Shown in pieces: positions 39,627 through 51,216 of a stretch of DNA of 64,000 nucleotides. A model generated the notes under the pieces. It was not told the DNA's origin. It saw only the letters and a list, made by a program, of their open reading frames with translations, and did not search any database. The stretch is from Porphyridium purpureum. Lineage: Eukaryota. A program made the position numbers and the translations under genes. The DNA lies in the NCBI GenBank assembly GCA_008690995.1, contig VRMN01000001.1:1550001-1614000 (forward strand), given 5' to 3'. Within the stretch, counting starts at the first letter, position 1. Every line of letters starts with the position of its first letter.

Positions 39627-41993
39627 GTTGCCGACGGTGCTGTCGTGCGCGTTCGTCCCAGACGCACCGCCACGCGGCGAGATTCCAAGCGCGGTTGTCC
39701 AGTGTCCCTATTCTGTTCCGAGCGTGCCATGCGCCGCACTCGCCGTCTTGCTGGTCACAAACGTGTCATACCTCGCGCCGCGCGCCCACACACACACCTT
39801 CTTTGTCTTGTGCGTCATGTATTCCACACCACCAACACCCGCGCGCGCACCGGGTTGCTTAACCGGTCACACGCTCGAACCGTTTGCCAATGTCCAGTTA
39901 GGGTTTCCGCCACTGTACCCAATCGATTTTACTACGAGAAGGTCACTGTACCCCCACGCTAGGGTTAATTCAGAGTCTTGCACGGTGGCAAACCGGATAA
40001 CGGCGTATCGGCTAAATGTTATCCGATAAGCACAGTGGATGTTGCGTGCCGTGGTTGAAGAAGAGTGGTGGCAAGGGCAGGAGTGAAGAAACTGTGTGCC
40101 GAGGCACCTACAGAGTCAGCCGTGCACGAAGCTCGGCGCAAGAGTATGCGCTGCAGTTGCCGTCGCGCGCAGAGGTCCGAGTGCTATTTGGATATAAAGT
40201 GGTACGTCTGGCCATGGCGGCGACTACGCACTCCGTTGATTGGTGCTTGGGCGCTCTGCTGATCGGGAACTGACGGAGCCGCGCACCATCGGCAGCGCTG
40301 CTGGACCAGATTTCCGTGTGGAGGTGGCGGTGGTAGGGTGTGTGCACCACGCGAATGCCTCGTGTCTGGAGATGAGCATGCTATTGTGGTGAAGCGCTTA
40401 CGGCTGCAAGTTGAGAAGCGCGCGCGGGAATGGTCGGTGCTTGCGATCGTGCGGTGTGGTGGCAGCGCTGACAGCTTGGTCGTGCTCGCAGGAGGGAAAG
40501 TAAACTCGGAAAGTTTGCTTGGCTATATGGTGGTTCAGTCGAGTACGCACCTGCATGAGCGAGCGGTGGTCTTGTCGAATGTTCTGTAGCATGTACACGA
40601 CTCATCAAGAGAATAGGGCAACGCTGGACATCCAGTTTGTGCTGACTACACGTGCTCACCCTCACGTCGACGTTGTTCTCGCTTACACAGGGTGAATCAT
40701 GCGCGTGGATACACAAGGCATGAAACTCAGATTCGTCGTAGGACCAAAAGCTTTTGGTCCTGGCAGCCCGCCGTGGACTACGAAACCAGCACAGACAATG
40801 GAGCGAGGAAATGGAGAGCCAAGCAGTCCACCGGTCCTCGCGACACCAGATTCTTGCGAATGGCTGCCAATGCCGAGCTTCTCGGCGCGAGCTCGGCAGA
40901 TACGAGCGAGACTGGACGACGACAGGATGCCCTTCGATGCTCAAGACCTCAAGAAATAGGTCCTCAATCAGCCTGCTGGCTCTTCTGTCAACTCGATGAA
41001 CTCGAGCGCTTTGCCAAACTTTGGCAACTTTGAACGTGCTGTCTCTTCCTCGCCGCGACTGAGTGTCTAGCGTCTTATACGCACATGCACAGCCGATTCG
41101 ATCACCGCTCCAACAAACCGAAAAGAGCGCATCACCACGCCAAAGTGCATGCAGACGCTTAGTGGCCTCCCGCCCATAAGGACTTTTGTTTTAAATGGCC
41201 TGGTTACGCTCAGCGTGCTCGATGCCAAGTCTAAGGCTGGCAAACGTCAAGCAGTGGCGCCTTGTGATGCGGCCACACTTGTGAGATTTGAGGCGCGCAC
41301 ATAGCTATTCCAAGACAAGGACGCAGCGACGTGGAATAGCTTTAAGGAGGAGCTGAAGACGCTCATCATAAAAATTATAGAATCCGTGGCACCCGGCTTT
41401 GCGGCACTCGCAACGGGTCCAGGCAACCTCCTGCGTATGCCACTTCATCCAGCCGGTCCGGGAACCGCGGCGCGAGTCCAACTTCCGTGCGATTGCCGCC
41501 AACCGCAGCACGGGCGCCGAAGCCCACGCCGGCATCCGACCGCGTGGCGCATGGCATCAGCGCCCATCATTTCTACCGGCGCCGAGCTTCTGGCCGCCGC
41601 GCGCTCGGAATCGACGCACGGATGCACGTCTGAGCGCGCATGGACGTGCGCGGATGAGTTGAGATCGAGAGGTACAGTGTGAAGTACACTCAGCGTCTTA
41701 TCAAACGAGGCTGTTTTACCAGGCGCGCCACGTTTCGGCGCAGCATCGCGGCCGATCTCCACTCCACGTGGATGAAGGTGAGGAAGAGAGAGAGGGGCAG
41801 AGCAGGAGAAGGGAGAGCGTGCGCGTGGGTGGAGGGGTTTGGGCGGGTCTCGGGACGCTCGCGGGGTGGCGCCGTGCATAGTTCAAGCAGCGAGCAGCCA
41901 CTTCGGGAGCAGGGGCTGTGCTGCAGCGACGTGGCGAGGCTCAACGGCGCTCGCGCAGAGCTTGGCGTGGCCGGTCTCTGAGCGCACGAGCCT

Positions 41994-44900
41994 ATGCTTG
42001 AGATCTTGAAGGTCGTCCTGGAAACCCCAAGAGTGATTGGGTTAGGAGGCAAGATGGGCGGCGCAAGTAGGTATGACAAGTGGGTGCAAACGTTTGTGGG
42101 CAAGAATGAGGCTGCGATTGCAGAGGCCATGGCCGAAATCGAGGTCGAGTTGCTGAGCGTGCAGCGCGCTGGGTATGCCTCGCACGCAGAAAGAGTGTCG
42201 CTCCTGGAGACAATGCTCGTCTGCTTGCTGGGCCACCGCGTTGACAACATTCGGGAACGTGCCGTTGTGCTGCTGAACGTGCTGTACGACGGCCACGACC
42301 TGCAGCTCACGGACTCGCTTACTGTACAAATCGCATCGGTTGACGTGAACCAGTTCCTAATCTCTGTACCACTGTCCAGCGGCCATGGCGCAAGCAGCTC
42401 AACAGCAAAGGCCGACCCCAGCAGCGTGAAGATCAAAGTATTTGGTCCGACCGCTGACCTTTATGCACCGCCAAAGTGGGTTGACGTGCCAGTCGAGCGG
42501 ACCAAGGATGGAAACGGAGTACAATGCGCGCTTCCGGCCTTCTCGCGCCCAGGATTTTACGACTGGGCCCTTGTGCCGGCTTCCATGTCGTCGACACGCG
42601 TGCCGTCCTCTACAGATTCTCTGGATCCGGCCGTCGCTGCGTTTGATCACCGGCGATGCAGGGGTCGCGTGATTGTGCAACCGGCTGGCGTGCGGGACGA
42701 GTATCTCTTTGAAGCACCCGTGGATCAAGTGGGCGCATCGTGGGATGAGTCGACGGGTGCCTTGCAAGACCTGGGCAACTTTGATCGCATCTTGGAGATT
42801 CTGCCCGACCTGAAAATGAAAGGCGTCACGGGCGTTTATGTTATGGGTGCACTGGAACGACCCGTCGATGACCCGGATGCCGCGCCGTTTAACGTGGCGG
42901 ATCGCGCCAGTGTGTGCTCCAAGGTGGGCGGCGAAAAAATGTTTGCGCACCTCACATCGGAGATGCGCTCGCTCGGCCTCAAGCCTATCATCGATGGCTT
43001 CGATCGCGTGAGCCGCGGCTTTCATCGTAAATACCGCAAATTTGTTGTAGACACACTCAACCAGCGCGGCGTGCCGACGCCGCATCCAGGCACGGACGCC
43101 AGGGAAAACCAGTGGTCAGACTCGGTGCTGCTGAATTATCGACGCGTGGAGGTGTGGGATCTATTGGTGCAAGAGCTCAAAGTACTTGCGCGAAAGTACG
43201 GCGTGCGCGGTGTGCGCCTGGACAATGCCCAGAGCTACCCGTTGATTCTAGCGGAAGATCCGTCGCTGTATCGGCGCGACCCGGATGGTGAGATGCACTA
43301 TAGCATGGACGAGATCTTCTTTGGACAGATTGTCAAGCCGAATGCCGAGTGTGCGTACTGGACGACCGGTGCATGCTTGGACCTGAATTATCCCAACCCC
43401 TTCCTGATCAAGGTTGTCAGAGAAATGTGGAACGAGTTTCCAAACTTTTTGGTGATTGGCGAGTCGCACTTTCACCGCGAGATCGAGCTGGTGCAAAGTG
43501 GGCTTATTGTGCATTCGTTCCGAGTCGCGCAAATTCTTGCATCCCTGTCCGGTCGCACGTTGCGTCGCGACGGCTCGGTGGCGCGCATTCCGATGAGCAA
43601 GCGGTCCACGGCACGCACGCTGACGAAGCTTTACAAGAACGAGCGAGACTACATGCCGAAGGACCCGGTCATGGTGCAATCGTCGTGCTTCCACACCACA
43701 CCGTATCCTGGCGGGTTGTACGGGAGGAAGGCTTGGATGGCCGTTGATCTTTTGTATTTTTTACCGGGGATCCCGATGCTGCTTTTCGGCGAGGACAAGG
43801 GCCAGTCAGTCCGACTGAACATGATGTCGTATGCCAATCATGAAGAGACGTCTGCATACGATGTGAATTATGACCTACTTCTCCCGAAGAGTCCTCCAAA
43901 GAAGGCTGCGACCCCTGCAAATGCGAGCCCGACTGACGGTGTGAGCGCGCTCGCAACAGGAATGCGGAAAGTCATGTCGGCCAGCAATCTTGCCAATTCG
44001 CCGTTGTCACTGACTCCCGTAGCGCAGCTTGTAGCGTCTGAAGGTGGTGCTGGCAAGGGCATGAGACGCGTAAGTTCCAAGGGTCAGATTGCGGGCAAGC
44101 TCAGCACGCGTGGCTCTGTGCAGGACCTCAAGGCCATGTCGCGTACGGGTTCTGTGACGGACTTCAAGTCGCCGCTCATTCGCAATCGCTCCAAGGACGA
44201 TCTAAAGGGAATGGCGGTACGCAGCACCACGGCGACTGACGTGGCCAACCTGTCCATGTTGAACAAGCAGCTGTACGAGGAGATTGGGCCTCATGCCGGC
44301 TTTGATCTCACCCGCATCAAGGGTCATTATGACCACAGGGAGTTGATCCGTCACGAATATCCTGTTTTCAGCAAGGGATCTTTCTGCGTGCTTGGTGTCG
44401 AGCCGCTTTACCGGGAGCAGATCTTTGCGTTTGCACGCTTCACGCATACCCAATTTGTGATTGTTGTCATGAACCTCAAGGACGTACAAGACGGCGAGGC
44501 TTTCAAGGAAGCGAAAGACGTGTCCATTTTCCTTCAGCCGCTTGCTGACTCGCTCCCGGATTCGTACACGTCTCGCATGAATCACCTATTCAGCCTCAAG
44601 GACGTCTTTACGGGCGAAAAGAGGGCGGACGGTCACTTATTTACACTTGAAGAGCTAATTTTCCGCCGCATGAACTTGATGATGGAACCTCTCCATACGT
44701 GCATTTTTGAGGTGTGCGAGGCCGACTCCAGTGCGGAAACCTCGGCACTTCATTTGAAGCAGTGCGTACATCGACTTCACGCCGAGGGTGGGGACATGAA
44801 AGATCCGCGCGAGAATACAATCTCGGCTTTGTTTGCGCGCAGCGCGGCCAAAGGCATGTCAAGCTTTGCGGCAGCGCTTTTGCAGGTGGATACGATGCTA

Positions 44901-46931
44901 AGAGAGAATCACATTCCAGACGACGAATTAGATACCTTCCTGCAGCTCGCACTGCAGCGCGCAAGCGGTTTGTATTATAATGTGATCTACGAGGGCATCG
45001 AGGCACCGCGCGACTTTGAGCCACCAAAGGGAGATCGTATCATCGCATATCTGCTTCAACTTGCGTATGCTGCGCGTGAGCCCCGGGTTAAGACACTTGC
45101 CTCAAACATGCTCAAGCGTTGCCAGAATATTGGACCGCTTGTGTTTGTGTGTCCTGAGTACGGCCGTTTTTCCACCGCAGGAGGTTTGGGCGTTATGGTG
45201 GACGAACTTACAAAGGACCTTGCGGATCTAGGGCTCGAGATCTATGTTATTTCACCGTATTACACTGTGAACCGCAAAAATCAGACGGGTTACTTGGGCC
45301 CCGGCTTTAATTGGACACGCAATCTAGACATTAATGTCGGGACGCACGTCGTAACCGTCGGCGTGTGGGAGGGCAAGGAGGAAGGCGTGAACATGATTTT
45401 CCTGGAGCGCGGAGACTTTTTCCCCAAGGTGTATGCTGATGCCGGTAGCCAGGAGAAGCACCTTCAAAGCATTGTTCTCATGTCGCTGGCGTCTCTCGAG
45501 GTGATGTGTCACAAGGCCGTTCAGCCCGCGGTGTTTGTCACGAATGACTGGATGCCATCAATGGCGGCGGCTTACGCAAAACAAGGCTTCTTTGGCTCAT
45601 ACTTTGACGACACGACATTTTTCCACTTGATTCATAATCTCGGCTCCGATTACGAAGGGCGCTGCTACCCGTCGCCGCAGCAGGGCGACATGAGCATGAT
45701 CCACCGGCTTCCGACCCATTTGCTGATTGATCCATGGTGGGCACAGACGGTGGTGAATCCATCGCGCTGCGCGCTCATGTGCTCAGACTCGTGGGGCACA
45801 GTATCGCCATCCTACCTGCGCGAGCTCAAGGAATCGCACGCGCTGAAACATATTATGTTGCAGTGTCGCGCGCCGTTTGGGTATCCGAACGGGATTCGCC
45901 AGGCGCACCGCGAGCAACTGTTATTGTCGAAAGGCGCCGAAAACCACACAGCGGCGAAACGAATCCTGCAACAAAAGTATTTTGGTTTTCGAGACCTGGA
46001 TGACAGCATCCCGCTATTCGCATTTGTGGGGCGCGTGACGTCGCAGAAAGGAGTGCACATGATCTTGAACGCTGTGGATGAGCTTATCCAGTTTACAGGG
46101 GGGCGCCTCATGGTATTGGTCGGTGGACCGGCGACCTGGTCAGATCCTTATTCGGCAGGCTGCGCGCGTCACATGCAGGACCTCCGAAACCGCCACCACG
46201 ATCGCTTTTGGGCAGATCCGGACGCCTTTTTCCTTGACGGACCGCTCGTAAACTTGGGCGCAGACTTTGGTGTTATGCCGTCGCTGTTTGAGCCCGGCGG
46301 TATTGTGCAGCAGGAGTTCTTTGTGGCGGGGACGCCTGTTGTGGCGTTCAAGACGGGCGGGCTCAAGGACACAGTGCATGAGTGGAACCCGGAGACTGGT
46401 GATGGTAATGGATTTCTTTTTGATGGTTACAACCACAACGACTTTATGTGGGCAATGAAGCGCGCGCTACGCACCTTTTCGAGGCGGGCTGAGTATGAGG
46501 AATTGAGGCAGAACGCGTATGATTCCACAATTGATGTCTCACAGGTGGCGTGGGCGTGGAGCTCAGAGTTTCACCGTCTGCGTGGTGCGATCTTTGCGAT
46601 TCCGAAAGGCATCGCGACCGAGCTTGGCGAGGCGGCGGCGACGGCGGTCGATGATGGCACGTTGGAGTCCAGCGCTAAAGTGGTCACCTTTGAATGGAAG
46701 AACGCGGGCGGCGTCAACAGGGTCGAAATGAAGGGCTCATTTGACAACTGGCAGCGCTCCTCGTCGCTTGTACAAGACCCGAGCGACGACAGCAAATTTA
46801 TTATCTCGATGCGTTTGCCGCGCGGAACGTATCAGTTCAAGTTTAGAGTTGACGGACAATGGTTACTCAATGACAAGTATGAGCGCGCATCGTCCAACGG
46901 GATGGAGAACAATGTGTTCACGGTTGAATAG
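41994..46931 (+). CDS. Floridean starch/glycogen synthase: GH13-like, GT5 and CBM48 domains
   Basis: GH13-like GVRLDNAQ; GT5 STAGGLG, NDW, NGI, FVGRVTSQKG, MPSLFEPGG, KTGGLKDTV; C-terminal CBM48 (GSFDNW, YQFKFRVDGQW, NN). The 5' end is uncertain. Confidence 0.9.
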   Translation: MLEILKVVLETPRVIGLGGKMGGASRYDKWVQTFVGKNEAAIAEAMAEIEVELLSVQRAGYASHAERVSLLETMLVCLLGHRVDNIRERAVVLLNVLYDGHDLQLTDSLTVQIASVDVNQFLISVPLSSGHGASSSTAKADPSSVKIKVFGPTADLYAPPKWVDVPVERTKDGNGVQCALPAFSRPGFYDWALVPASMSSTRVPSSTDSLDPAVAAFDHRRCRGRVIVQPAGVRDEYLFEAPVDQVGASWDESTGALQDLGNFDRILEILPDLKMKGVTGVYVMGALERPVDDPDAAPFNVADRASVCSKVGGEKMFAHLTSEMRSLGLKPIIDGFDRVSRGFHRKYRKFVVDTLNQRGVPTPHPGTDARENQWSDSVLLNYRRVEVWDLLVQELKVLARKYGVRGVRLDNAQSYPLILAEDPSLYRRDPDGEMHYSMDEIFFGQIVKPNAECAYWTTGACLDLNYPNPFLIKVVREMWNEFPNFLVIGESHFHREIELVQSGLIVHSFRVAQILASLSGRTLRRDGSVARIPMSKRSTARTLTKLYKNERDYMPKDPVMVQSSCFHTTPYPGGLYGRKAWMAVDLLYFLPGIPMLLFGEDKGQSVRLNMMSYANHEETSAYDVNYDLLLPKSPPKKAATPANASPTDGVSALATGMRKVMSASNLANSPLSLTPVAQLVASEGGAGKGMRRVSSKGQIAGKLSTRGSVQDLKAMSRTGSVTDFKSPLIRNRSKDDLKGMAVRSTTATDVANLSMLNKQLYEEIGPHAGFDLTRIKGHYDHRELIRHEYPVFSKGSFCVLGVEPLYREQIFAFARFTHTQFVIVVMNLKDVQDGEAFKEAKDVSIFLQPLADSLPDSYTSRMNHLFSLKDVFTGEKRADGHLFTLEELIFRRMNLMMEPLHTCIFEVCEADSSAETSALHLKQCVHRLHAEGGDMKDPRENTISALFARSAAKGMSSFAAALLQVDTMLRENHIPDDELDTFLQLALQRASGLYYNVIYEGIEAPRDFEPPKGDRIIAYLLQLAYAAREPRVKTLASNMLKRCQNIGPLVFVCPEYGRFSTAGGLGVMVDELTKDLADLGLEIYVISPYYTVNRKNQTGYLGPGFNWTRNLDINVGTHVVTVGVWEGKEEGVNMIFLERGDFFPKVYADAGSQEKHLQSIVLMSLASLEVMCHKAVQPAVFVTNDWMPSMAAAYAKQGFFGSYFDDTTFFHLIHNLGSDYEGRCYPSPQQGDMSMIHRLPTHLLIDPWWAQTVVNPSRCALMCSDSWGTVSPSYLRELKESHALKHIMLQCRAPFGYPNGIRQAHREQLLLSKGAENHTAAKRILQQKYFGFRDLDDSIPLFAFVGRVTSQKGVHMILNAVDELIQFTGGRLMVLVGGPATWSDPYSAGCARHMQDLRNRHHDRFWADPDAFFLDGPLVNLGADFGVMPSLFEPGGIVQQEFFVAGTPVVAFKTGGLKDTVHEWNPETGDGNGFLFDGYNHNDFMWAMKRALRTFSRRAEYEELRQNAYDSTIDVSQVAWAWSSEFHRLRGAIFAIPKGIATELGEAAATAVDDGTLESSAKVVTFEWKNAGGVNRVEMKGSFDNWQRSSSLVQDPSDDSKFIISMRLPRGTYQFKFRVDGQWLLNDKYERASSNGMENNVFTVE

Positions 46932-47696
46932 GACACTGAGTGATAGACACAGAAGGAGAAGAAGAAAAAAAAAAGAAATGACAGAAAAGTTGATAGGTAT
47001 GAATGGTCAGTGGTGGGTGACCTGTGTGCTTTTCTCTGCTGTGACCAAAGCATGAGTCGTCGAGCCCCGCAAAGCTTGCGTAGCCTTTGCCAACGGACCC
47101 TGCGCTGCTCGCTCTTGAGCTTGCATGTCACTGCGCCTGGCAAGAGCTAACCTGGTTGCTTCCGAAATTAAATCTGCCGCACAGCACGACACATAAGCTC
47201 TAAATTTTCCTTTTCTGCGTGCCCTGCTGATTCTCGGTGGTCTCGCCATGCCGACGAGGAAGAGCGCCTCTGTCGTGATGGACTTGCGGGAGGAAGACTT
47301 CAAATCTTTCGCGGTCGAAAGGCCGAGCCGTTCGATTCGGCCTGCGGGGCGGGTTTTGCCTCTTTTTGTGATCGGCGCACTGCAGGCGCCGCGAGAACAA
47401 TGTCGTCGATGCTGTCGACTTTGGTAACCGAGGTAAATGACAACGTGTGCTTACCTTGCACGGAGGAGAGCAGGTTGTTAGTTCAGCTGGCACTTGCGCT
47501 TTGTTATATCGGGTGGAGGAAGACGGTTATTCAGGCATTTGCTCGCAAGGAAGGTATTAAGACCGCTCTCACTTGACACTGGATAATTTCCGGCACACAT
47601 TCGTGTAAGCCGTGATAATACCAGCTGGTTGCGACTCTTGCGCGCGTGCGGCGCCAAATCCAAAACATTGCGTCGGCAGTGTTCTGTTTAGATTGT

Positions 47697-48443
47697 TCAC
47701 TTCTGGAGCGCTTCTAAAGCTAGTCCTGCCAGATCTATCGCGTCATCTAAGTATGCCAAAGCTTCCATGACCTCTTCGTCCATGCCGTTCAGCTCGGAAT
47801 ACCCTGTATCTTTGGCGATAATCTCCACATTGCGACGATCAGCGCCATTAAAGAAGACCACCCGATTGCCGAAAGCTCGATCTTTGAGTGCCTGGATGGC
47901 TGTGCGAAGATCATTAACAGTCTCAGCCACGGATGCTGCTCTTGCAGAGTGAGGCAGCAATTCAATTCGCATAGCATTCTTGCTCAAAGCAAGCAAAGCC
48001 ATGCAATCGCCACTTCCAAGCAGCGCAAATAAATCATCCCACGCCTTGCGCCGGATGAGCGCTCGCGCTTCGGTGTCCAAAACTTTGGCCACGCCCGCCA
48101 CGGTCTTTGTTAGCTCGTCGACTGTCTGGGGGGTACCCAGTTTCTCACTAGCGCTCGAACTGGTGCTGCTAGGTCGCGATTTTTGGGACTGATCCAAAAG
48201 AAAGCTGCCGCCAGAGCGTTTCACGGATCCTTGGCCGCCCGCGTACTCGTCAAGCGTAGGCACCGCCGCACGGGCATGTTGCGGGTGCACCGCGACGCCG
48301 CTGATCCCAACAAGAAGAATCCGACGCAACAAGTCACGTCGCGTGGCATGCGCGTCTCCTGCGCACATGGCCACGCCCACACGAGCATGTGTGCGAAGGA
48401 CAAGAACGGAAGCGAAGGCTTCAGAAGAAGACTCTCTGATCAT
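47697..48443 (-). CDS. Putative thylakoid-lumen protein (twin-Arg signal; PsbQ-like helical)
   Basis: TRRDLL followed by a hydrophobic stretch and the ARA cleavage motif, then a helical domain. The start may be 48443 or 48506. Confidence 0.55.
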   Translation of the reverse strand: MIRESSSEAFASVLVLRTHARVGVAMCAGDAHATRRDLLRRILLVGISGVAVHPQHARAAVPTLDEYAGGQGSVKRSGGSFLLDQSQKSRPSSTSSSASEKLGTPQTVDELTKTVAGVAKVLDTEARALIRRKAWDDLFALLGSGDCMALLALSKNAMRIELLPHSARAASVAETVNDLRTAIQALKDRAFGNRVVFFNGADRRNVEIIAKDTGYSELNGMDEEVMEALAYLDDAIDLAGLALEALQK

Positions 48444-49308
48444 GTCGTGTCCTTGCCGGGGCTCATCACCCGCGTCCTCCTCAGATGATGAGATGCCTTC
48501 AACCATTCGGGTTAAAAGCGAGGGGACTTTGGCGACCCTGGTCTGTGTATGTAGATATTCGTGTGTATGGGGGCTTACGACAGCTGCACTTGAGGAAACA
48601 ACATGCCAATGCGCTACGAGTTCGGATTCTTTTTGGCGTGCTCTCACATGGTGCATTCCCCGAAACAGAGACAGACCATGAAGAAAGAAAATACATGCGG
48701 TGTTTCGAAAGGATCAAGGTGAAGCTGTGCTGCGAGCACACAAGGGGCCTGACGCTCCGATTTTTCAGGCCCTTTCGCTACTCATTGGTCACAATCACGG
48801 CCTGCAAAGCTTGACGATGAGAAAGTTGCAGCATGATGGACGCCGAGTCGTTGCAGCAATGAGCACGATACGTTCAGATGTCCGAATCAAGGCACTGTCG
48901 ACCTATGTGCAGGTCCAGTGATCGGGACTGGCTACATACCGACATTATGGCGCTGTTATCATGCCGCGGGAAGGACTGGCTGCATCCCATGTGATGCCGC
49001 TTGCATTGGTCTGCACAACTCTACCCGATGCTTACATCGTGCGTCTTGCCGCGAGCGTGATTCTGCACAACACCGTCGAATGGATGCATACTGACCTCGT
49101 GGCACTCGCGATCTTCTGCACAGCTCTGCCTGTTGTCAACCTAGCTACGTTGGGTTACTTGTGTATTTATCTTGTACGTGACGCTACACACCCGCGGGGA
49201 CGCCGTTTGTGTCACAGGCACACAGCTATTGTGCGACGTCCACGTTTACGCGCATGAACTTGAAAGGCAGGCGCTCTACCAAGTAGGATCACCCCCAAGA
49301 GCATCCAC

Positions 49309-51216
49309 CTACAATGTATTGATTTCACCCATGATATGAACGGTGCGTCCGCCGAACAGTCCGCTGACGGAAGCCTCGACGCTGCCTTTCAAACGTTTTG
49401 TGCTCTCGATGAGCTGTGCCAGCGCTTTGCTCGCGGACGCGAGCTCTTGCTTTGCGTCAGCACGCTTCTCTTCCCTCAGCACAATCGATCTGGACAGTTT
49501 GTCGTTCAGGCGCCGCTCATCCTCCATCGACTTGCTGATGCGGGCAAGAAGTTTGCGGCTCTTCGCCATTCGGATCCAGCGAGCATTATGTTCTGATTCA
49601 AGCAGATCCAGCGCCGAGCGCACCGCGTCGTGCATGCGGGCAAGATCTTGTGTGGTGCTCAGGCGCAAAATATCTGGCGCATGGCGGTCATCAATCGCTG
49701 CAAAAGAAAGCGCGTCCGAGCCGGCACGCGGACGAACAGGGGGTCCTCGAGTATCCGTGTTCTCTAAAAACAAGGCCATTCGATAGGACAAGAAGCTCGA
49801 CAGCTCGTGCAAATCATTCAGGTACTCGGACCGGACGCGATCATTTTCGAGCGAACAAGTTTGCTCGTGGGATAGTGTGCTCTGTTGCAGCGTCGCAGCC
49901 GTTTCAACTTCGACCGAATCACCCCAATCAATGTCAACAGTTGACGCTGTTGCTTCTGGAACAACCTGAATGGCGCCGTCATCGCCTGAGCCGACACTTT
50001 GACCGGGCGCTGCTCGATTGACGTTGACCTCTGACGATAAAGTAGGCTTCTCGTTCCAATCAATTTCGACCGCTGCTGGATTCAAAGCGCTATCGTCGCC
50101 CTGAGCTTGCGCTCCATGATCTGCCGCGGTTGACGCCAACGACACAACATCGCCCCAGTCAATTTCAACGCTATCTGCATTCGCGCTGGTGCCGCCGTGT
50201 GTCGAGCCCCCGACGACAGCAGGCACCACAAAATCTGTGGCTCCCCAGTCGATCTCTACAACGCCACCTTGAGCGCTGCCCGGGACGTTATCATGATCCA
50301 ATGCCTCCGGAGCCGTGCCGTCCTGCAGCACAGGCAAAGCGTGCAACTCTTCGTCCGGACTGGAAGCACTTATGGCTTTCAGGGCTTTGAGCAAGGTCAA
50401 GGACTCAATAGTGTGTTGCTTTTCACACTCTGCGTTTTCTGACTCTTTCGGCAGATCCGATGCACCCGTGGGTGCATCAGCAGTGCGCCGAGTCCGCGCA
50501 TACTGCACAAAGTTGAGATAATATCTGATTGCTTGTTCCAAATCTGCGTTGCTCGATGCGAAACGCGTCGCGTCGTACAGAATGCGTTTGAGATGAGTCT
50601 GCATATTGGATTCGATCTGCTGCTGCATCGACGCATTGCTCTGCTCATCTAAGCCAAGACTGGCCATTTTTTCGGAAAGTCGGTTCCGCGCTTGCGCAAT
50701 CGTAACATCCAGCTCGCTCTGCTTGCGAACCGAGTCTGAAAGCGTCGATTGCAACTTTGTCACCTTTTTCTTCAGGTTCGGGATGACCATGTCTGCAAAG
50801 CGAGACAAAATCAGAGCACCGTGCGCAAGAAAAATATTCTCACTCTCCAGGCCTTTGACAATATCTGCTAGCGCACGCGGGATTTCCTGCTTGTAACGTC
50901 CAAACAGGTCCTTTTCCTTGCCGTAAGCCTCGCCTGACAAGTCCAGCACTTCGTTTCGAAGCGTATAGTAGTCAACATTTTCGTCTCCGAGAATGGCAAG
51001 AAGACGCCGCACTGCTTGAGCCTTGTTGCTTTGCCCATTACCGGCGAGGCTCTCGTTCGTAGCCGTGATACCACTCTCTTGCGCCGCAAGCTCTCGCACG
51101 TGCGCCAGCGCCTCTCGCGTGCGCCGCAAGGTCACGTGGTAGTTTCGCGGAACAAGCTTGCGATCAAGCAGCCAGTCCAGCAGCTTGGTGTACTGGATGT
51201 CGATCGGGATCTCCAT
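49309..51216 (-). CDS. CDK5RAP3: CDK5RAP3/C53 (DUF773) UFMylation and ER-phagy adaptor
   Basis: PIDIQYTKLLDWLLDRK, DLFGRY, IDW repeats, LNDLHELSSFLSYR and the GRTVHIMGEIN C-terminus. Confidence 0.92.
   Translation of the reverse strand: MEIPIDIQYTKLLDWLLDRKLVPRNYHVTLRRTREALAHVRELAAQESGITATNESLAGNGQSNKAQAVRRLLAILGDENVDYYTLRNEVLDLSGEAYGKEKDLFGRYKQEIPRALADIVKGLESENIFLAHGALILSRFADMVIPNLKKKVTKLQSTLSDSVRKQSELDVTIAQARNRLSEKMASLGLDEQSNASMQQQIESNMQTHLKRILYDATRFASSNADLEQAIRYYLNFVQYARTRRTADAPTGASDLPKESENAECEKQHTIESLTLLKALKAISASSPDEELHALPVLQDGTAPEALDHDNVPGSAQGGVVEIDWGATDFVVPAVVGGSTHGGTSANADSVEIDWGDVVSLASTAADHGAQAQGDDSALNPAAVEIDWNEKPTLSSEVNVNRAAPGQSVGSGDDGAIQVVPEATASTVDIDWGDSVEVETAATLQQSTLSHEQTCSLENDRVRSEYLNDLHELSSFLSYRMALFLENTDTRGPPVRPRAGSDALSFAAIDDRHAPDILRLSTTQDLARMHDAVRSALDLLESEHNARWIRMAKSRKLLARISKSMEDERRLNDKLSRSIVLREEKRADAKQELASASKALAQLIESTKRLKGSVEASVSGLFGGRTVHIMGEINTL

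Noticed and set aside
40016..41033. Patchwork of short coding-like ORFs, possibly a decayed gene
   Set aside because: Multiple stops and frame changes, and no family recognisable without a search.
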